Positions 56,940 to 64,000 of a stretch of DNA of 64,000 bases are shown here, piece after piece (positions within the stretch are counted from its first letter, which is position 1; each line of letters opens with the position of its first letter). The notes below the pieces were generated by a model. It saw nothing but the letters and a program-made list of their open reading frames with translations, ran no database searches and was not told where the DNA came from. Source of the stretch: Eledone cirrhosa (lineage: Eukaryota); contig OZ024742.1 in the NCBI GenBank assembly GCA_964016885.1, positions 313,286,001 through 313,350,000 of the forward strand, given 5' to 3'. The translations under genes and the position numbers were made by a program.

Positions 56940-57547
56940 TGTATGTATATATATATGTATGTATGTATATATATATGTATGTATATATATATGTATGTAT
57001 GTATATGTATGTATGTATATATATATATGTATGTATGTATATATATAACCTACTACAGTCAGTAGGCATCTCTATCAAAATACCCCCCCGTCCCACCACC
57101 TCCACCCCATCCACACCGCCCCTTTCAATGTAAAGTTATGTTGGTCCCACAACATCCAGGCCGAAACAAATGAGATCGTGTAGGTGTCACGACAAAAAAA
57201 CACACAGTCCACGCTGTAAATGTGGCCGTGTAGGCAACACGATAAAAACCTCCCAGCCCCACACTGTAAATGTGGTTGGTGTTAGGAAGGGCATCCAACT
57301 GTAGAAAACCCGCCAGACAGTCCACGCTGTAATGTGGTCGTGTAGGCAACACGGTAAAAACCTCCCAGCCCCACACTGTAAATGTGGTTGGTGTTAGGAA
57401 GGGCATCCAGCTGTAGAAAACCCGCCAGACAGTCCTATGCGAGCAAGACAACCACTCTTGCCTCAAGTGGGAAAACCCCCGTCCAAACCCATGCAAGCGT
57501 GGAACACGGACGCTAAACCTGATGATGATGATGATGATGATGATATA

Positions 57548-58833
57548 CAGGGTGAGGACGATATTTGTTCGCAAAATTACTGTCTAGGAAAAAATAACAC
57601 AGTAGTTTCATTTTTTAAGATTTACTTATCAAACTTGGGTCAGTTTGTCTTCCTGACTTGTTCTTTCTATCTTACTCAATAAACCTGCCATTGGCTTTGA
57701 TGACGGCCTCAAGGTGGCCTCTGAATCAGCTACAGGCCTTCATCACTGTCACTCGACTTAGGCCCCTAAAGGCACTTGTGATCCTGGCCTTCAGATGGTC
57801 TTTCGTATTGCAGCTAGATCTGTTGGTGTCTCATTCCACTGCACCCCACACAAAGAAGTCGAGGTGGTTGCAGTCAGGCGAGCTGGGAGGCCTGATGTCA
57901 GGTGAAGTGTGGTCGACGAAGTTCTCTGACAGCCAGGCTTGGGTCTTTCGGCTGGTATGGCAGGGCGCTGAGACTTGCTGCCACACGTACAGCCTACCTG
58001 CAGCTACCTGGTCGATCCAGGGTTGTACTACCTTGCTCAGAACACGGATGTAGCCATCGGTGTTCAGCTTGAGGCCCTCAGGGAAGAAGTGAGGTGGCAT
58101 GACCTCACCTTGACTGCTGACGACACCTAAGACCAATGTTGTCGCTGGAAACTTTGTCTGCATGACTTTGGGCATGTCTTTGGATGAGACAGCGAGCCAC
58201 CTGTTGTTCTGGGAGTTGATCTTCTGGTCTTGGCAGAAGTTTTCTCTTCAGAGAAAAACCACAGCATGTCTGGCTCCAGTGGGTGTTTCAACTTGTTGAT
58301 CAGCTTCTTTGCGTGCTTCAGTTGCTTTTCTTGCATCGCCTTTGACAGAAATTGTCCTTTCCTCATCTTCTATGAAACGTAGCGAATGTCTTCATGTACC
58401 ACCAGCCTAATGAGCTTTTCATCCACGCCTTTCTCCCTTGCAATGGCACGCATCGACTTGCTAGGTTCATTGTTAATGATATCCTGAACTTCAGCGACGA
58501 ACTCGGGCGTTCTGAAGGTGTTAGATCGTCGATCATGTGTTTTCTTCTCTGATGTTGCTTCGTAGTTGAATCCTGAGCTTTTCCACCATTCTCCTGCTGA
58601 CGCTGAGAAAGTCTGAAATTTCCTTATTTGTCCTCCCGGCGCGAATTCCGAGAAGAACTTCGTGTCTCTTCCACAAATTTGGAGGTTCAAAATTATTCAT
58701 AATCAATTATTCTGAAAATAAATAATGGAAATATAGTCACTGTTTTTATGAAGACAAGAGTGACAACAGAAGTTAAAAAAATTTGCATAAAATTAGCAGT
58801 TGAAAATTGCGAACAAATATCGTCCACACCCTG
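57548..58833 (-). mobile_element. full-length (1286 bp) DD37D/maT transposon, transposase inactivated
   Basis: Both TIRs with TA flanks. The transposase is split over ORFs 58370..58690, 58127..58366 and 57831..58175; catalytic Asp residues are mutated (FSEEK, QQVSAPCH). Confidence 0.93.
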
Positions 58834-58864
<31 letters not shown>

Positions 58865-58979
58865 TTGCATATATATATATATATATATATGTAAAAGGTA
58901 AACAGAAATAACAATATATATATAATATATATGTTTGTATATATATGCATATATTTATATATATATACATATATATATA

Positions 58980-59698
58980 GAAAAGATAACAAGGACGATT
59001 GGTTACTCCTTCATTACATTTATTGGTAAGTGACGCTCGTTTCGCCACTGATCAGCTCAAGGTTCGATCTGTATCGATCTTACCCGACTCTATAATCGGC
59101 AGCTCGACGGACCCTTTAAAATGCTAGTAGAAAATGAATACATGCTATATGGTAAAGTCAGAAGTTCATATGTTGGTCAATATGGCTTGTTTTGATTGGT
59201 GGAATAGATCCTAGGGATGTATTGGCCTGTAGTGTATGTGGGGGTGGATGTGATGATAAGATGGTGGTGACGGTCGCAGGCCCGGATGGGCTGTCGGTAG
59301 ACAGATTGGCGTGTATTTGTGGCTGATTATTGTGTGTGGTGTGGGTGTAGTGTTGTTGTTTATGGTAATGGTGTTTGCGGTGGTGTGGCGGATGTGTTGG
59401 TGGTGTCAAATACAATGGGGAGATACATACCTAGACACACTTAGTCTGACAATAATGTTGTATGGGTCCGTCGAGCTGCCGATTATAGAGTCGGGTAAGA
59501 TCGATACAGATCAAACCTTGAGCTGATCAGTGGCGAAACGCGCGTCACCTACCAATAAATGTAATGAAGGAGTAACCAATCGTCCTTGTTATCTTTTCAA
59601 TATATTACACTCAGTATAGCTCTACACCTTGATACAGAAGTGAACCTAAACATTGAGTGCTCTCCCGGGTGAACCTACATACTCCAAGTTACACTCCC
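58980..59698 (+). mobile_element. PLE-like element: 135-bp inverted arm plus long arm with an atypical HHR
   Basis: 58980-59114 is the reverse complement of 59464-59598; (TA)n flanks; a third copy of the arm is at ~52276-52410. Confidence 0.75.
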
Positions 59699-59724
59699 TA
59701 TATATATATATATATATATATATG

Positions 59725-59780
<56 letters not shown>

Positions 59781-60146
59781 GAGGAACAGGAGGGGGAGAG
59801 AGAGAAATAGGAGTGGAAGGGAAAGAGGGAGAGAAAGATTGGTGAGAAGAGGATATCTGTTTATCTATTGGCCTGTCTATGTATATGCAAATTTATCAAT
59901 AATCAATCTATCTATGTATCAATCTAGCAATAAATCTATCTTATATTCCCAAGAGACCTTGCACTGAATGAAACATTAAATAATTCCAGATAACCTACCA
60001 AGACAACTATACTACTAATTTACTGTCCAGGTAAACTGACCGAAAATTAAAACCACATAATAAAAATAAAAACCCTCTGTAAAATCACATAATTCAATAC
60101 AACTATGCAAGTGCACCTGAGCACTGTACACAATTTGTGTGTGTGT

Positions 60147-60147
60147 G

Positions 60148-60179
<32 letters not shown>

Positions 60180-62083
60180 GTTTAACGTCCATATTCCACG
60201 TTTGCATGGGTTTGGACGGGAGTTTTCCCACTTGAGGCAAGAGTGGTTGTCTTGCTCGCATAGGACTGTCTGGCGGGTTTTCTACGGCTGGATGCCCTTC
60301 CTAACACCAACGACATTTACAGTGTAGGGCTGGGAGGTTTTTACCGTGTTACCTACACGGCCACATTACAGTGTGGACTGTGTGTTTTTTTGTTGTGACA
60401 CCTACACGACCTCATTTGTTTCGGCCTGGATGTTGTGGCACCAACATAACTTTACATTGAAAGGGGTGGTGTGGATGGGGTGGGAGTAGTGGGATGGGGT
60501 GTATTTTATTAGAGGTGCCTACTGACTGTAGTAGGTTTTACTTTGTACTTAGGTAAGGCGGGTCTTCTCTATTACTGTGTAGCGCCAAAGATCTCGGTCC
60601 AGTGACATTGTCTTGGAGAGGTGTAAGTGTGTGAGGTCGGAATTTATCAAGTCGTCCCAGGTTTTTCTGGGTCTGCCTACTCTGTGGCTACCGTCTATTT
60701 TTATTGCCCTGCACTTTTTTATACAGCTGTCGTCTTTCATGCGCATCACGTGACCATACCAACATAGCCTTCTCTCGAGTAAACAACATCTGATCCCTCT
60801 TATTTCTAATTTTTCCCTTAGTTCGTTTATGCTTTGCCGTTCACGTATATTACTATTACACATCCAGCGGAGCATGCAAGCTTCGTTCCTCTCTAGTCTG
60901 CGTATATCCTCTGCACACAATGCCCAGGTCTCACTGCCATGTAACATTGCTGTTCGTATGCAGGCATCATACAGCCTGCCTTTCATTTTTAGGGAGAACC
61001 CTTTAGCGGCTAATAGTGGTATAAGCTCTCTGAACTTTTTCCATCCAGTTCTGACTCTAGCTACTGTACTTTCAGAGCACTCTCCACCACTGCTGATTTT
61101 GTCACCCAGGTAACGGAAGCTGTCCACTATTTCTATAGAACCATCTGTGCAATTGAAAGAGCTAGTATTCTGTGGGCACTTGCTGCTACTTATTGCACCA
61201 GAGCACCGGCCACATATAAAATCTATGTTCTTAGTTAGCTTACATGTGATCCCACTACATCTTTTATGCACCCATACTTTGCATTTGGGACATAAAATGG
61301 AGTTTCTGCCTACTCCTTTCCTACACACTGAGCATAGCCATTTCCCAGATGGGACCGGTGCCCTATTTTCCTTCCTACAAACTAGAACTTTAGTCTTAGA
61401 CAGGTTAATTTTAAGGCCTTTTGATTCTAGGCCATGCTTCCATGTTTGGAATTTCTTGTCTAGTTCGGCCATTGATTCAGCTATGAGCATTAGATCATCT
61501 GCGTATAGGAGTTCCCATAGGCAGCCGGACTTGAACTCCACTGTTATAGCCTGAAGGGCAATAATAAATAGTAGGGGGCTAAGAACGGAGCCCTGATGAA
61601 CACCAACTTTTATGCTAAACTCTTCACTATATTCGTTGTTAATTCTAACCTTGCTGACTGTTTCTTTATACATGGCTTGTATAGCTCTCACAAGCCATTC
61701 ATCAACACCTAGTTTTCTAAGAGCCCACCAGATAATGGAACGGGGGACTCTGTCGAAGGCTTTCTCCAAGTCGACAAAAGCTAAGTATAGGGGTTTACTT
61801 TTAGCTAGGTACTTCTCCTGTAGTTGTCGTACAATGAAAAGAGCGTCTGTGGTACTTTTGCCTGACACAAACCCGAACTGCATTTCATCTAGATCAATTC
61901 GCTCTCTGATTTGTTGCGCTATTACTTTTTCTGTGACCTTCATGACCTGGTCGATTAATTTAATGCCTCTATAGTTACTCCTATCTAGGGCATCTCCTTT
62001 ACCCTTGTAGCAGTTAATGATGATGCTGCTACGCCAGTCCTTCGGAACAACCCCATTCTGTATGACTTGGTTTACTATCCGGT
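60147..62083 (-). mobile_element. RTE LINE family B, 5'-truncated, 464-aa uninterrupted RT/C-terminal ORF
   Basis: ORF 60549..61943: QFGF, DLEKAFD, QGSVLSPLLF, YADD, PHD-like finger, FRYLG, GRPRKTW. Confidence 0.96.
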
Positions 62084-62175
62084 GTATATGTATATAACAT
62101 CATTATCATCATCATAATTGTTTAATGTCTATCTTCCATGCTAGCATGGGTTATATTATTATTTTATTTTTATCA

Positions 62176-62528
62176 TTGTGGATTGGCAGTATCGGTAAAG
62201 CGCCAGACGCCATGCTTTGCAGTAATAGAGTTATGGCCCTTTGCGTTCTGAGTTCAAATCCTGGCGAGGTTAACTTTGCCTTTCATCCTTATGGGGTCGA
62301 TAAAATAAAGTACCAGTAATACACTGGGATAATTGCTGAAGCATTAAGAGCGGTATCAGTAGAGGGTCGGACGCCATGCTTTATTTATGGGGTTGATAAA
62401 ATAAAGTACCAGTAATGCACTGGGACAATTGCTGGCCTTGTGCCAAAAGTAGAAACAATTATTATGATTATTATTATTCAACTTTTCCCTGCCCCCAGAA
62501 TTGTTGGCCTTGTGCCTGAATAATAAAC

Positions 62529-62562
<34 letters not shown>

Positions 62563-62795
62563 GGTGGAGTAGGCAGTGGATTGGCAATATCGGTAGAGCA
62601 TCAGACATCATGCTTCATAGCATTTACAGCCTGTTACGATCTGAGTTCAAATCATGCCGAGGTTAACTTTGTCTTTCATCCTTACGGGGTCGATAAAATA
62701 AAGCCCCAGTAATGCACTGGGGTCAATTTAATTGAATTTCCCTTCCCCCAAATTGCTGGCCTTGTGCCTATAGTAGATATCATTATTATTATTAT
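62176..62795 (+). mobile_element. cluster of 3-4 tandem or partial tRNA-SINE copies with (att)n tails
   Basis: Repeated heads gtggattggcag/aat and cores gataaaataaagtaccag. Confidence 0.8.
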
Positions 62796-62799
62796 CAAG

Positions 62800-62985
62800 T
62801 CCAGGCACCATTGCCTGTAACACAGAAGAACAGAAGATGTCAAAATTACAGGCATTGATTGACCAATTCCTTTTTGTGGCAGTTACCCTCGTGTCCTCCT
62901 GTTGCTTCAGTTCCTGGATTGTCTGCCAAAATTGGGAGGAGGGCAACTTTCCTGAAGAAGGAGCACAGTAAAGGGCAATAACTAA
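62800..62985 (+). mobile_element. possible decayed CRE-clade retrotransposon endonuclease C-terminus
   Basis: PGTIACNTEEQKMSK..L..QFLFVAVTL, then frameshifted QFL..KIGRR..RGN, resembling the E-x2-K-x2-KY..F.P.A.ETLG..QRGN pattern. Confidence 0.35.
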
Positions 62986-63104
62986 AAGGAAATAACTAAT
63001 ACAGCAGACTTTTGCTAGCTGTTCTCTACGACAATGCTTTTGCCATCTTGTCCATGGATGCAATTGAGATATGTTGTCCAGCTAAGAGTGGAATACTTGA
63101 CATC

Positions 63105-63925
63105 TTCCCAATATCTCCCTTCATTTTACTTTTTTATTTTTTTTATTCAGTTTTATTTTTCATCACTATGATAATGTAGATATATTTTAAATATAGATTG
63201 TGATTGTTTTATACATGTCAAAAAAAGGATTCATATCCACCTTGGTAGCCACAACATAGACAACCTTATTACAACTCTTGTTAAAAGTTTTCTGCAAAAT
63301 GTGTGACTTTGAAATAGAATTACATGTCTTCAGTCCAAAATCTTAAAACAATCTAAACATAGTCGGAGTTTCCTCAACACAACTCTGGTACTGTAGATTT
63401 TGACGGAGGATGGAGGATGGAAACTCCACAACCGTGCTGTTAAAAAGGACTGCTCAGGTGGGTGTGGGGATATTCACAAGTCCTCAGCTGTTGGAATGTG
63501 TTATGGACTTGATCCCATTTGGAGAGAGGATTTACTTCTTCAAGCTTAAGCTGAAATAAAAGTCTCTGTGGATGGTGCAAGTTTATGCATCAAACAGGGA
63601 GTCTGAATACAGATTCTTCCTTGATGAAGTCACTGCAGTGTTAGATGTAGTTAAGACTGAATACTGCTTGATCTCCCCATTTTACCTCCTTTTTATTTTT
63701 TATTTAATTTTGTCATTATGATAATATAAATATATTTTAAATATAGATTGTTTTATACATGTACAAAAAGATAATTTTTTACACATTCGGAGCCACAACA
63801 CAAAGATTCTTATTACAACTCTTGTCCATAGTTTTCTGCAAACTGTGCAAACACACTATTCTTAATCTCTGTTGTCTTTGCAATGGAATTACACATCTTC
63901 ATTCAAAAATCTGAAAACAACAATG
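63105..63925 (+). repeat. diverged direct duplication (~240 bp, ~560 bp apart)
   Basis: atattttaaatatagattg..agccacaaca..cttattacaactcttg..gttttctgcaaa occurs at ~63180-63345 and ~63730-63920. Confidence 0.75.
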
Positions 63926-64000
63926 ACATATTTAAACCCCCCCCCCCTCCCAAACACACACACACCTTTGGCTATAACTGACCATGTCCATGTGTCTGCA

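Overview
AT-rich, repeat-saturated animal DNA, either intergenic or intronic. The mix of RTE LINEs with (GAT)n tails, tRNA-derived SINEs and very long (TA)n/(CA)n/(CAT)n tracts is suggestive of a cephalopod such as Octopus; this is an inference. I see no intact host gene, and almost all long ORFs in the track are microsatellite artefacts. Recognisable mobile elements: decayed RTE-clade LINEs of about three families with a PHD-like finger inside the RT region, two DD37D/maT Tc1-mariner copies, a 5'-truncated Penelope-like element (PLE, GIY-YIG), a hAT-like relic, several MITEs and several SINEs. The main signal is a dense set of hammerhead-ribozyme (HHR) elements inserted in (TA)n tracts. (i) A perfect 474-bp tandem array (at least 6.15 units, running into a gap) carries one intact type-I HHR per unit. 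(ii) A 310-bp tandem array with an inverted, circularly permuted unit carries an HHR with the same loop 2 and covarying stems. (iii) About ten short fold-back elements, mostly unrelated in sequence, several turning at or next to an HHR core; they include a U3-A8 core variant, a ~115-nt stem II, and a CCGUCGA core variant. Together these look like a retrozyme / non-autonomous PLE system that could produce self-cleaved circular RNAs. All structures were read by eye, with no folding software or database search.
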